DNA from: Tubulanus polymorphus
Taxonomy: Eukaryota; Animalia; Nemertea
Direction of reading: 5' to 3'
DNA length: 64,000 bases
Assembly (NCBI RefSeq): GCF_964204645.1
Contig: NC_134032.1
Span: 4,302,175-4,366,174, forward strand
A model generated the notes under the pieces. That model ran no database searches. It was not told the DNA's origin and was given only the letters and a program-made list of their open reading frames with translations. Shown here one piece after another: positions 24,320-37,767 of the stretch (position 1 is its first letter; each line of letters begins with the position of its first letter). Both the position numbers and the translations under genes were made by a program.

Positions 24320-24705
24320 TGGATTGTGCGGATTTTTGTTATGCGGCAACACTACTCTCAGATCTAAACATACGGACAGTCATATTGATGAGGACAGAGA
24401 CCAGAATATACAAAAGCTGAGAAGGAAAAAATGTTTTTATCTAGATAGACGTATGAAGGCATCTAAACAACTGGTAATAACAACTCTTTTTGGACAAATT
24501 TACATTTTTATCCGGTCTTTTGAAAAATGTACAATATGTTTTGTCAGTGAAGGGTTTCATTGGCGCAACCAAATATTTACTTAACAATGGAGTGTCCTTT
24601 GTTTTTAACAACACATTTTGCCAGGATCCTCTTGAAGAACACTTTGGTAGGCACAGGGGACTTGCTAGGTGCTCGAAGAATCCTTCTGTCTATGAATTCC
24701 GGTGA
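24320..24705 (+). pseudogene. P-element/THAP9-like transposase C-terminal remnant (spliced)
   Basis: EKEKMFLSR.TYEG / intron / VKGFIGATKYLL...FCQDPLEEHFGRHR...NP. Confidence 0.75.
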
Positions 24706-27700
24706 GAAAAAGCTCTATCGGGGAATGCATTATTCAGGTAACAATCGCAGCAGCGCAACTCAATACTCACTGCATCTGAGACGTCAACAAGTTAGACTGT
24801 ATTGCTTCGATGACAAACTGACTCCTACGCAAGATGACCATCCAATTCAAATGTAAATTAAGAAAGAAAACAACAAAACTAGTTGCGTTGATCAACAAAA
24901 ATAAATCAATAGTTTATTACAATACTTCAATTTCAAAATGAAGATAGGAAAAAATTGAACAATAAGTGTGTTTGCCATGCGTCTTTAAATATTTCCCAAG
25001 AATATGTCTTTGTCTGGCCACCACCTGCCTCGACGTCAGACTTTTTCGAGATTTTCGCTAAAAATACGAAACAAGACAAAATTGATGGATGGGAATCATA
25101 CATGCTATATTCACTTTTACTGCGAACATTGGAATGAGCTAAAGCAATTTTCTAGGAGGAAAAATTGAGTCAAATGATGTTTCAAAATTTGGACGGGAAA
25201 TTTTTTTTCTGAATTGTATGGCAAATGGCAAATACATGTTTATATTGATAAGGTAAATATCTGTATAAAAGGTTGTATAGCAACTTGAATTGAAGGATTA
25301 ATGCAATAGGTCTCTTATTCTAAAAGACGAGTGAGCCATACTTACTAGATTGGTCATGTGAATCAACATCAAATTTAGAACTATCATCCATTTTTAGTTT
25401 TCAATCAAAGACCAACCTATGAAATAAAGTACATATTTTTCTGATAACAACCTGGAATAAATTAAAATAAATCTGAGGAATTATATATGAGGGCCTATAT
25501 AACCTAAAGATTGATACTTACATACGACAAATTGACGAAGAAACTTCATTTGACAGTATACAAACTCGCGGACAAACTCCCAAAATGAATCATGTCCTAT
25601 TCACCTAGAATCAAACAAAATACAACTAAAAAATTCACAATACAGATTTCGCTTTCGAATCCTTCAAATTGCTGTTTACTTACATGAAACGAATTATCAA
25701 ACTACTTCTGCCGACAGCATACCAACTCGCTGACAAACCCCCAAAATGAAACGTGTCATGATAAACATCTGGAATTAAACGTAATAAAGCTAAAAAAATT
25801 ACAAAATGTCGGTTTCGAATCCCTCAAATAGCCTTACACTTACAAATGATGGATTATCAAACAACTATGAACTCCCAAAACGCCACATGTCTTTGATAAT
25901 CTACAGTGAAAACCTGGAATTAAATGAAATAAATCTTAAAATTCCGATTTGAACCCAACGTAGGCCCTCTCTCTACTTGTAGGCCTAAGATCTTGAAATA
26001 GGATAAATAATGTTATGATGAAAGAGGCATAATGGTTCGGAAGAAATTGAATTCAATATGGCTCTTGGCCTGGCAAAGTTTGCTTTTGAAATATCCTTTT
26101 GATTAGGCCTAGTTACACATTTTAAAAGCAAATTTCATTTTGCATCAAACTAAAAGCGGCTTTGTTGAGGAAAAGATTCGTTTGAGTCGTAAAATTTATA
26201 GCCTAGAACCAATTTCTTCGTCAAAGCGTGATGCACAATTTTGACTGGGTCTTATTTCCACGTGGTAGTGGACAGAAAATTTGAATAGGCCTAAATAATA
26301 GAATAATCTTTCTTAGGTTTCATGATAAAGATGCAGCATTAACATAGATTAATGCTTATCTTTTACAATAAGGCTTATGTTTCAAAGGAAAACGCCCACA
26401 GTTGGTCGAACAGGGGTTAGGCATTGATGGTAGAGGGGCTGTGTGTGTGAAACAGAGAGATAAAAATGCACGGGAACGAGTTTGTCGAGTGGAGCTTATT
26501 ATTCCATCAGGGATAGTGTACTATAGTCATTTTATATATCAAAATGTTCCTTATTAGTTCCGCTGCATCGCTAAAAACAAATTGAGATAGGTTTCCCTGC
26601 ATTTTTTTACATATTACATCACTTACAACGATAAACGTCCGTCGCTGACTGAAAAATTCACAAAAACTTCTGCATTGAGTGCGCCACCGCACCAACTCAA
26701 ATTGGATTGGAAACCCTCCAGCGATGCACTCTATGATCTTTAGAACCTGTCTTTGCTGACTGGGAATAAGATACTTCTCAGCGCGAAGGGGGCGGGCCGC
26801 AGCGTCACCAGGTCCCGCTCCGCGAGGAAACTAGATTTTCAAAGAAATGAGTGCACGCGACGGCCGTGACCACTTGTTAGTGACGTCATCAAGAATGATG
26901 GCTCCGAGGATCGCCACATCACAGGTTACTGTGAATAAATGGGATTCGACCATTCAAAAGTTCAAAATGTACTTTCTTGTTTTGTAAAACAAGTTTATTC
27001 ATGTGGTTATATAAAGCATTTTGTTTGAAACATTCTTTAATAATGTTTGTTGAGTTTAAAGCCAATTGTCGTTGTGTAATTCGATACTGGTCACTGAAAT
27101 CAAAGTTTTAGTTTCTGTTCACATGTTTCGACTTATAAATATCCAACTTGTATGTTCTATCTTTTAATACAGGCCATGTGATAATTTGCGTATCACTCCA
27201 TGAGTTTAAAAAGAGAGCACATATTTCGATATTGTTAAATAATTAACTACATTTTTTTCTGTCACACGTTGATTTTTACCCATCACTTATAAAATTCAAA
27301 TGTACGTGATGTATTCTGAAAGCTATGTAAGCTTGTTCTTAAAAATACACTATGAATTTTCAATTTGTACTGACCATAATAGTTTATTTTTCGTAAATAA
27401 AATTTATATTTTAATTAAATAATTTCAAAATCTTTTCTATGCCCTCTGCAACAGAAACTTACTAAGGACTATTACATATTCAGATGTACGTTGATAATTG
27501 ATTTCAATCCTCCCTTCAAATAATTATATGAACATTATTTCGGAAGATGCAGGTGGCGCACAATCATAATACATTCAACTCATCAAGCTGACGAGTCATT
27601 ACCGTAACCAATGTTACAGACGGGTAACCAATCTACTCGACTCCGCAGACAACTAAACGACCCGAGTAACCCCCAATTTGACTATAACTATAAATTATGT

Positions 27701-28164
27701 TATGTTAAACCGCATTGGTGTGACTTGACACGTTAAATGCGTATCCCGTATTGATATATTTCTATTATCCACTTTTCAAACTATGAATAGCACGCCTGCT
27801 CAGAAAACCCGTTATCGCTGCTTCGCAGCTATATTCTAATTTTGTAATTTTTGATATATTAAAATTTTTTGCTGCACTGTAACTTGTGTAGTTTTCAAGG
27901 TATCCTCATAAAATTTGGAATGTAGCTCAAGTACAAACTATTCTACTGCACGAAACCCTTTTAAAGGCATAAAATACATTGGAAACTTTTGGTTGGAACT
28001 TATAAAGGTTTGAAAAAAATTTTAATATTTTGTTGATTATTTACAAAATTCTAAAGTCTTATGAAATTAAGTGATCCTACATAAAAAATGAAGAGTTTCA
28101 TGCAGTTTATATACATGTCTACTTGAAATTAGTCAAATAAGAATCAGTTTGATCGACTGAGGAC

Positions 28165-28910
28165 GGCAAAAACCGTAAAGTTTCCCAAGTCTCCATTTCT
28201 ACCTAACGCATGCGCATTAGTCAGTGCTGGAATTGCTCTAAGTCGAGAAATCGGCACATTGCGCATGCGGCACTACATGTGAACTGCATGTCAACTCTAA
28301 TGACTAATAGTCGCTGTAGTTTCCATTAGGTTCGAATCCCGTAAAAGTATTGATCTTATTTACGCTGTTCATCTTATAAGGGGCGCTATCAGGTTCGAAA
28401 CTCGAAAATTACTGATTGTATTTCAAGCGTTACGACATGAACTTTGATGATTAAAGTGTCGCTGGGTTATTGTTTGCCGAGTAAAAAAGTTACAACATCC
28501 CGAACATGAAATAATGAACTTTGATAGCCCCAGGATTTACTTTTAAATGCTTAAGCCTAGGTTCAAATCCAGAATGTGTAGCAGAAAAATACATTCATCC
28601 TTTTTAATATACCGATATATACCTTAGATTCTCAGCTTATGGCAAGACCACTTGACCACCTGTCATACCTAAAAATACAAATGATCCTCTGACCAAACAA
28701 ACTGTGTCTTCCCGCTGCACAAAATTTCACGCAGGTTCATTCCGTTATAGTTCTATGTTTCAGAGTTCTGACATGACCCAGTTTAGGAAAAAATACACAT
28801 GTAGCGATGCATGCGCACGCGACCAATTTCTGGACTTAGAGGATCTCCCCAACACATCCTGATGAGCATGCGTTATAAACAGAGACTTTGGAAACTTTAC
28901 GGTTTTTGCC
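28165..28910. mobile_element. Non-autonomous DNA transposon with long imperfect TIRs
   Basis: GGCAAAAACCGTAAAGTTTCC...CTACATGTG is inverted at both ends (~115 bp). Flanks TGAGGAC and TCAGGAC may be a degenerate TSD. Confidence 0.75.
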
Positions 28911-29439
28911 TCAGGACGATGTGACGAAAATTATGGTTATTTCAAAATATGGCGGCCATCTTTGATTGCTTAGTTGCATAATTTAGTTGCAAAACCCACA
29001 AAAACCGCTAAATCTACTTACTTAGAACCTATATACCCAATAAAAACGACATGGACAAGGGATTAAGATTTTTTTGTTGAATAGGTAGGTGCCACCTTTT
29101 AACTAATTTTGTGAACAGCGAAGCTCGTCTACAATTCCAAGTCTTTGGTCCCTTGGGAAAATTGGTCTCCGAATCATGGGTGTCAACTTTCTATACCGCA
29201 GCGACGTCAGCAAAGCATATTGGACATCTAGATGGCATTGTGGTTGTTAGAAATGTTGCTGAATTTGCTGCTGAACTGTGTCAGACTCTAACGACCAAAG
29301 CTAATGTTTTTGGTAATTACATGTCGCGGCGTTATCATAAAGAAAAGAAAGTCAAAGAAGATACCACACTCCTTAGTCTACAAAAACCACCACTCCACAA
29401 GGAGCAATTCGCTACATTGATGAGTGACGGCCTCACTTC

Positions 29440-29900
29440 ATCTGTTAGAAAATGTAGCAAACTCGAGAGGTTGGACGGACGACCAATGCCAAATTTTATG
29501 TTTCAGTATTTGGAGGGTTCAGCTAGACGGTTCTATGACGATTTAGTAATAGATTAATCAACTAAATTTACTAGCATCATACATTCCTTCAAAGAACTCT
29601 TCGAGTCAGACAGTCTGCAACTCCGAGAAGAGTCTTCTCCGGGTTTCGGCAGAAGAAAGGGGAGTCAGTCAATGATGGAGCAGGTAGACCGACTGGCTCA
29701 AAAATCAGTCAGGGACAAATTGGTTGTTTTCCTCAACGGCTTGGACAGGGCGATCAGGTTAGACGTAATGATGATGAGGCCTGACATGTACGGGAAGGTA
29801 GTCGAGCATGCAAGGACTGCGGAGCAGTTGACCGACCGGGATCAGGTGAACCAAGCTTCCACAAATGACATGACTTTTCTCAAGACAATGGAGGAGATCA
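29440..29900 (+). mobile_element. Ty3/Gypsy gag remnant
   Basis: YLEGSARRFYDDL...FKELF...RQKKGESV...FLNGL...MMRP retrotransposon gag pattern with stops and frameshifts. Confidence 0.7.
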
Positions 29901-30949
29901 AGGGAATGTTCTCACAGTTCTTACAGCCGATGTACCAGGTACCATCGCAACTGTACAGCGACAATCAGTGTGACCTAATTTTGAAATTTCTAACTGATAT
30001 ATATTGTCAGACACACATGAAGGTACTTATGTCCGATCATAGGAAAGTACACGCAGATGTGACTTTGGTTTAAATACATATTTTTGTCTTCCCGTATATG
30101 GATTATTTTTTGGTGTGCTTCTTCCTGAGACACTGATTAAAATATATATGGAGGTTCATGGAATCATTTATGATAGAGCCGAAGAGCAAATGGTTGAACT
30201 TCATAGCGATGAAGATGATTGTTACAGGTGGCTGCGAGTTAAGAAGATGATTAAAGTGGCTGCAAGTTGTGGAAAATTGCTGCAAGTTATGGAAATTATT
30301 ATGTGATGTTTATCGTTTTCTGCAGAGTGTAGTCATTTACTTCCATCATGGGAATATTTCTAGATATTGAAAAGGTGCTTACTTTAATTGAAATTAGATT
30401 GTTTTTCAAAACAAAATGAGTTTCGGACATTCAGATAATACCTGATGATAAACCCTTTGTTAAATGGCAACTGTTAATAGGTAAATGCTAAAAGGTTTCC
30501 TGGTTTTATCTTAGTTGGGAGGTAAGTCTCTGTGGGCTATTGCATTCATTTATCATCTGTTTGTCTGTCCTAAATTTGATTCCGTTGGAATCAACATGAG
30601 TCATTATTTTTCGCCGCAATCAGCACTTTTTTCACATTTTTTCAACGGAAATTTTGAAGCAAATTGATCAATTATCTTGAAAAATATATGTGTTCCTGTA
30701 CCCACCAGCATTAGAAGAATTGCGTCAATATTTACAAGATGGCCATCCTGTAACTTTTTTATGTGATAAAAGGTTATTTTGACTAGAATGTGCAAGACCT
30801 GTAGCTTTCTAATGGTTGACGATTTTTATATTAAGGACTATGACCATGCCCTGTCCATAAGATCTAGCTTAAAGTGATAGCAATTAGCAAACATTTCAGG
30901 AGGTGCCATAGTATAAAGAGCATAATGTAAATAAAATATGACCTAATCA

Positions 30950-31250
30950 GAGTGATTGACTTAAAAATGTATATGGTGTGGACAATGGAGGTTGAAGAAG
31001 ATTCCACACCCATTCATCACTGGGAAATGCTGACCAAAATCATCCATTCAGAGTGGTCTGAAAAAATCACCCACATGGCAAGAAATGTATTGCTGCAAAG
31101 CGTTTGTTGTAAAGGACCCGTTGAACTTCCTTCCCCTGAGGACATTCATAAACACCTAAATTTAATGGGAAACTGACGTTCATGAAAACTGTTAAACTGC
31201 TAGAAGTACTGCTTCCAACAAGGAATAAACGCGATACGGAGAAACACATA
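30950..31250 (+). pseudogene. Fragment resembling Crypton-like tyrosine-recombinase element proteins
   Basis: EWSEKITHMARNVL...PVELPSPEDIHK...RNKR resembles the EW..IS..A...LP..ED...NKRR segment of metazoan Crypton-like proteins; the catalytic region is not seen. Confidence 0.4.
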
Positions 31251-32034
31251 ACCAGGGTTCATTGTCTCAAGCTCAGGTGAAATTCAAACCATTTCAAGCT
31301 AGATTTATACCATTTTCAAGCTATTTTTTAAGGCACGTTGGAAGCAATTTTCGATAGTCGCAGCCAATTTGCCTATTTTTAACAGGTTCGTATAAAAATG
31401 TTAAAAAAGAGGTAAAATTTTGATTCCAGTGGAACCTTCGAGTTGATACGATTCTGTTAGAGATGGAACCCGTTTAACACAATGATTTTCAGCATTTCCT
31501 AGCTTAAATATTCATATCAATCAAGATTTCAGAGTCACAGAGTCACCGTAGATTTCGAGTTTACCCTCCACAAACAAACCCTGCTTATACTTACATAAAA
31601 GATTAAATGAAAATTGATATTTTATTTCCAGATTGTAATTATGACTGAAAATTAACTGGGGTTTTAGCATCACTTCCCGGGCATGGCAAAAAACCCACAG
31701 AGATTCCTATCCAACTTTCGCAGTCTAATGCAGAACAATCAAAGATAGTTTACATTCCCTGATTAATTCTTTAAAATAGGTTTCAATTAGGGTTATTTTT
31801 TATGTAAAAAAGTGAAAAGATCATACATGAACTATATGAAGACAACATTGTGTAAAAAGGTATAAAAAATGAACCAAAGATGTTAAGGATTATCATATTT
31901 AAATCATCATGTGTGGAGATTCCATGACTCATGACGGAACATTTTTGTATTACCATGCACGAATTCTCCGATTGACATGATTATTTTCATGCGTTATTAC
32001 ATTGAAATTAACAATTTTAAATTAACGCATGAAA

Positions 32035-32240
32035 ATTAGCACACATACACGTGTGAATCTCTTCACATTAACACGGTTTTCAAATTTACACGTGTGAATT
32101 ACAAATTCATACGTGTGAATTTTTCAAATTTACACGTGTTATCTTTTTTACATTTACACGTGCCATTTTTCAAATTTACGCGTGTGATTTCTCACATTTA
32201 CGCCTTTGATTTTTCACATTTACACGTGTGATTTTTCTAC
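32035..32240. repeat. Minisatellite rich in CACGTG (TTTACACGTGTGAATTT-like units)
   Basis: About eight degenerate ~21-24-bp units. Confidence 0.8.
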
Positions 32241-32431
32241 AACATTATGTATTATCTTTCATATTGTACACATTGTTGCAATTTATCTCTGAAATAAATA
32301 AATTGTCCTATGCACTAAACTGCGGGTTCTTTTTAGTATCATTTTTAGCCGAGAAAATTTGTTTTTATTTTTCTTATATCTCAGTAGTCTTGGGGATGCT
32401 AAACCATCGTCAATCGAATCGCAAGAACAGT

Positions 32432-32555
32432 TGTGCCCTCCATTTGAGTCACACAAACTGATGTGTCCTCCAGTCGAGTCACACGAACTGATGTGTCCTC
32501 CAGTCGAGTCACACGAACTGATGTGTCCTCCAGTCGAGTCACACGAACTGATGTG
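32432..32555. repeat. 30-bp tandem repeat, ~4 copies
   Basis: TGTGTCCTCCAGTCGAGTCACACGAACTGA repeated head to tail. Confidence 0.95.
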
Positions 32556-32603
32556 ATCATATCTATATCTCTAGTTTATTGACATAATGTGGCTTTCCTT
32601 CAG

Positions 32604-33420
32604 AATATTGTCCATATTAATGGAACAAATGTATCGGATTTGATGGAAAAACATATGGAGCCATTACAATAGTTAAGAGAAAATCAAAACGGAATTGGAC
32701 ATTAAAATGCTTAACCTGCTGCAAGAATAAAGAAAATTGTCGACATGTTGCACAATCTATTAATAATGAGTCCGATGTCGTACCAGATATTCGGGATGTT
32801 ATTCGAGTCCTTCTCAGAGAGAATGTTGAACTAGTCAAGGTGAACATGGGACAGTGTTTGTCTGTTTCTAAAATATATTTCGGTGATCACAAATAGCATC
32901 CACTAGAAGGTGATCCTAATTTTAAGCCGTTAGACGTAATTTGTAAGTGTAGCTATCCTCTCGATACAGTTCTGCATACGCAACCACCAACTGTGGTTCC
33001 ACTCATCTTGCGGGATAGAATTAAATTTTGTAAATTATTTTCATCAAAATGTCCAAACTGCAATGATATTCTGAATTTTGACGGATGCTCGGTCGGTTTG
33101 CTTAATATGGGCGAGTATCTTGTGTGCCATTCTGTTTTCAAAGACTATATGCAATATTTTGTGTCAGATGGAACCACACTGCATTCATATCACAATAACT
33201 TCCGCTGGCGCCTACACGATTATGGGTGTAGCTCTGAAGAAATAATGAAGAATTTTTCATATGCACGTTTCAGATTTGCGTGGCATGCTTATTTAGCATT
33301 GTTGCACATTGACATTGAGGATGGATTTATGTGCTTTGGATGTGGCACCATTCAAGACATTGTAGTGTTTGACGGGATATCGTTATGTTTTCGTAGGGAA
33401 ATGTTAAATCATAATTCTAT
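32604..33420 (+). pseudogene. KDZ/Zisupton-like (HMGXB3-related) cysteine-cluster transposase fragment
   Basis: SWIM-like CLTC...CRHV, then CPNC...FDGCSVGLLNM...FRFAWHAYLALL...GFMCFGCG...VVFDGISL. Confidence 0.6.
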
Positions 33421-33745
33421 CGTTGCCTGCACTAACCACAGTTGCCTGATACCGGCGTTAGACTAGTAGCTCAATACCAGCATTAGGACAGTAGCCTGAT
33501 TCCAGCATTAGGGCAGTAGTCTGATACATGCGTTAGAGCAACAGTTGCCTGATACCGGCGTTAGACTAGTAGCTGGATACCCGCGTTTAGAGCAGTAGCT
33601 GGATACCCGCATAAGACTACTTAGTAGCTCAATTATACCCACGTAGGCTTGTAGCTGGATACCCGCGTTAAGAGCATTAGCTTAATATCCACGTAGGCTA
33701 GTAGCCCGATACCAGCATTATTGTAGCCTAATACTCTAATTAGAG
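33420..33745. repeat. ~24-bp degenerate minisatellite
   Basis: GCCTGATACCGGCGTTAGACTAGTA-like units. Confidence 0.85.
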
Positions 33746-34989
33746 CATATTGATATTGCATCGATATAGGCCTAGCTCATGTCTTAAGTTGAATCAAATA
33801 AACTCCATTCATAGCTCAGCCATTTATACAATATACATCATTCGGATATAACATTATTCAATCTAAAATGTAAGATAGTTTGGATCATCGACTGGGCTAG
33901 GCTATTGAAATTTATTGATAAAAAATTTTAGGCAAATTTTCAATTTTTTCTTCTATTGTTTCCTTACAGATTTTTCAAGAATTGACAATGCATGTGTTTG
34001 TGTGTATGAAATCGACAAATCATTACTGGACGCGCACTGCAATCGCAGCTATACTCAAATCTGAAATGTAATTTTAGATCTGGCTGCATATGTCGATTCC
34101 TCACATTCTGTGATACTGAATGTTACGATGAAATATCAGACATCATTTAATATTCTTTATTGAAAGTGGATGTTTTTGTGGATATTCAAGGGATACGCAT
34201 GAACTCACTTATCCAATTTTTAACAAGATGGATATTGAAAGGAGAGCGTCATATTTAATGCAATGTCGTGAAAGCATGAGTCGATCGAAAGGTACAATGG
34301 CATGTATCGTAACAAATAGTACTTAATGTACCCTCATTCTACTATTGGTATGACAATCATAATTCATATTCACAGTTTCTCACTTAATCATCATTTTATA
34401 AACTATAAAGCAATCATGAGCAATTATTACTTAATATCCTGGGCCAGTTTTAAAGACTGGGTATCAACTTTTACCTGGGGGCTAACTAAATTCATTTTCA
34501 ATTGAGTTTATCCCTGGCTTCAAGTAAATACCAGTCTATAAAACTGAGCCGTTAAATGTATATGTATGAGACATATGCATTTTTGCTGTTTTAGAAGGTA
34601 CTGGCAGAAACAGGGCTGCACAAACATTCAAATGAAAATTGACCGAGCTGAAGAAGCATTTACACGTGTGTAATGCCGAGTGATTGCATAATAGACATAG
34701 TTTGTATAGCCACTATATATATCATATATCACTGGGGATCGTACCCAAGAGTTGGATCCAGCATTGTTTGTGATAATTCTAGTAATTCGAATTTGGGACA
34801 ACAACTGTTTTATTTACCTCCCCAAGAAGAGGATGGAAAACCTAAATACACTACGACTTACACTGAATTTTATACCATGGAATCTAAATCGAAGAGAATA
34901 GTTTTTAGAGTCCATGACGATTCCAGGGATGCTGGCTTATGAACCTCAAACGAACCTCAAAGTTCAAGGACACTCAGGAGTCGATGGTT

Positions 34990-37350
34990 AGTCAATTCGT
35001 AGTCCAAGGTGTATTCCCCGCTAACATGAAAATAGCCACAGTTATCCCTCTTCATAAAACGGGTAGCAAACAAGTTTTCAATAACTATCGTCCAATTTCA
35101 CTTCTACCAGTACTATCCAAAATATTAATAAAACTTGTGCACATGCGTCTCTTTTCCTTTTTAGATAAGTAAGCCTATTGTATTCTGAATTCCTCACAAT
35201 ATGGTTTCAGACCCAATCACTCCACCACGCATGCAATAATAGACTTTATTGGCAATATATTTAACAATTTAGAAAACAAATATTATTCATTGGGCATTTG
35301 CCTGGATTTATCGAAGATCGAAGGCCTTTGATTCCTTAGATATTGATAAGCTTTAATTAAAATCAGATCATTACGGAATCAGAGGACATGCTTATAATTG
35401 GTTAGAGAAAATCGAAAAATGTTTTTTTTTACACAAACTTTTTTAAAACACTAAGCACGACCTCAAAACTATTAGTGTCTGGTTCAACGCCAATGAACTC
35501 ACACTAAACTTAGAATAAACTAAATGTGTACTCTATAAACCAAGACGGTCTGTAGTGTGTAATGACGAATTAACTATTGAAGTTGAAAACCTAAACCTAG
35601 GCCTCTCTTCTAACTGTAAATTTTTAGGACTTCAAATTGATGAGGATTTAAATTGGGAATAACACACTAAACAACTAATAAATTTATTAAACAAAAATCT
35701 ATATCTTTTAAGAACTGTTAAATAAATTGCCCATGGGCAAAGTGTGGTTTACCTTGATAGCTAGAGGTTGTTTGGGGTAAGGGCATTGCTTGAAAAATCT
35801 TTTTAATTTGTGACTTCAAAGTTCTATTGTATTTCATCTTTCTCAAAGAAATATTTTGTAGTCAAATAAGACCAAAAATATACATTTGTTTGGTCCACGT
35901 CCAAAATTTCGTAGGGTACAGGTAGGCGCGGCATGGAAACTATTTTATATTTTCAAAGAAATATTTTTCACAATATGAAAAAATATTCAAATAAAATTCA
36001 TATGATGTCACATATCAGAGAGTGGCTGAATATTGAGTCTTGGGAACGAAACCTCTTCCAATGTATGGCCGTGGAATCTAAAACACCGGAGCGTAGTATT
36101 AGATCATTTTAATCTTGGAATTAACCACTACAATATTCAGACCTCGACCTATACCTATAGTTTGCTGCTTAATATTTTCAGGTCACAAGAAATTACAATT
36201 TAATATAAATTATATCAAACAGAAAACATAGCGCCCATCTTCTGTTGATGAAATGTCAGACGCGCCAGCAAGCAGCGTTTACAGTATCACTATAGTAGTG
36301 TACGAGCGTGTGTTTGTGTATGCAACAGTCTATAGCACTCCGCGCGCACGTGTCGAGGCCTTGTATAAGTGAATGTTCGCTTGTACTTCAGTCTGGATCA
36401 AATTAATCACCGGGTATTAACATGAAACAATACCTATGGCGGACAATAATTACATTCTCATCAGCAATGAGCATTTGAAATTTGCACGTACGGCACCTAG
36501 TCCAATGAAACGTTCGCCATTCTATGGCTTTCCCATGATTATTTTAGTAGCGCCGGAATTCCCCGTATATCCCAAAAACAGCCAATCACATTCGCTCGTA
36601 GAGACAACGCCCCTCAAACGAGGTCATTGCAATTTTATATGCGAGAGCTAAGAATTTTCACGCCAAAAACAGTTTTTCGTAGAATTTAAACAATGTTGAC
36701 CATGCCATCAACGGAAGTTCGCCATGTCTTTAATCGCATCGATTATACGTCGTTTAAGCCGAGAACCAATGAAACAAATGCTCACATAAAAAAACGTACC
36801 ACGATTTTACGTGAATTGGCTCAATGCCAACTTCATATCGCTGACAAAGGTAAACCAAAAAACTTCTGGTCTCTAGCATATTAATTATGTACTACTTATA
36901 TTCAAAACCACATCAATTATTCCCTCAGTGTCTGGGGACTACTTCTATCTGCAAAATAATCAAATGCTATCTACAAAATCCAAAAAAAGCTATCCGACTG
37001 ATTGACAATACAGCTTTTAATGCAGCAACTGGACCTATCTTCAAGAAATATAAAATCATAAAATTTGATGACCTGATTAAGTTTGAAGTCCTCAAATTGG
37101 GATACAACCATTTATAGGAAATTACCAACCCCAATTTTTGATCTATTCCATATAAACTCAGACTTTCATAAATACAATACTAGAAGTAGAAATTATGCCA
37201 GGGTTAAATAGCATACCACTAAACTTTGTCATAATTCTTCCTTGGCTCAAGTACCTATTTTATGGCAAAATACTCCTGATCATCTTCGTAAAGTGCCTAA
37301 TATCTGTTCTCTTGTCTCAAGGTTTAATAAATTATCTGCTCATAGTTATT
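34990..37350 (+). mobile_element. Degraded LINE (CR1/L2-group) reverse transcriptase, interrupted at ~35740-36860
   Basis: GVFPANMKIATVIPLHK...NYRPISLLP...QYGFRPNHST...LDLSK.AFD; the 3' portion with KKAIRLI...PIFK resumes near 36860. Confidence 0.85.
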
Positions 37351-37767
37351 GAAATTTAGTTCGTTTATAAAATCATTGTAATGAATTTATCATTAACCGT
37401 TGCCTCTAACCATGAATTTATTGAATTAATTTTCTCATGTATTATAATTCATTATTACTGTTATTATCGTCATGAATACTGTTACTATAATTTGTACTAT
37501 GATTTTTATGATTATCATAATTCATGTAGGTATTCTATCTATCTATCTGATGGATCATATCTCCTTACAAGGACTGATGATCAACACATATCTTCTCAAG
37601 ATAAACCTCAGATAAGTAACAGTACATTAAATCCTGATCACAGAAGGCAGCAAATCATCAATCGAGCAGAACTCATATTGCAGCAATTACGGGAAATGCA
37701 AAGCGACATCCATAGGGCTATCTTGTGTCAGACATCGTAGTTGCCGAATTGAGTGATGAAAATCTGA

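Noticed and set aside
28300-28345. Possible tRNA gene
   Set aside because: Only a B box is present; no acceptor, D or anticodon stems can be folded.
32432-32555. CRISPR array or hammerhead ribozyme (CTGATG...CGAAC)
   Set aside because: Head-to-tail repeats with no unique spacers in eukaryotic DNA; the hammerhead core CUGANGA/GAAA is not met.
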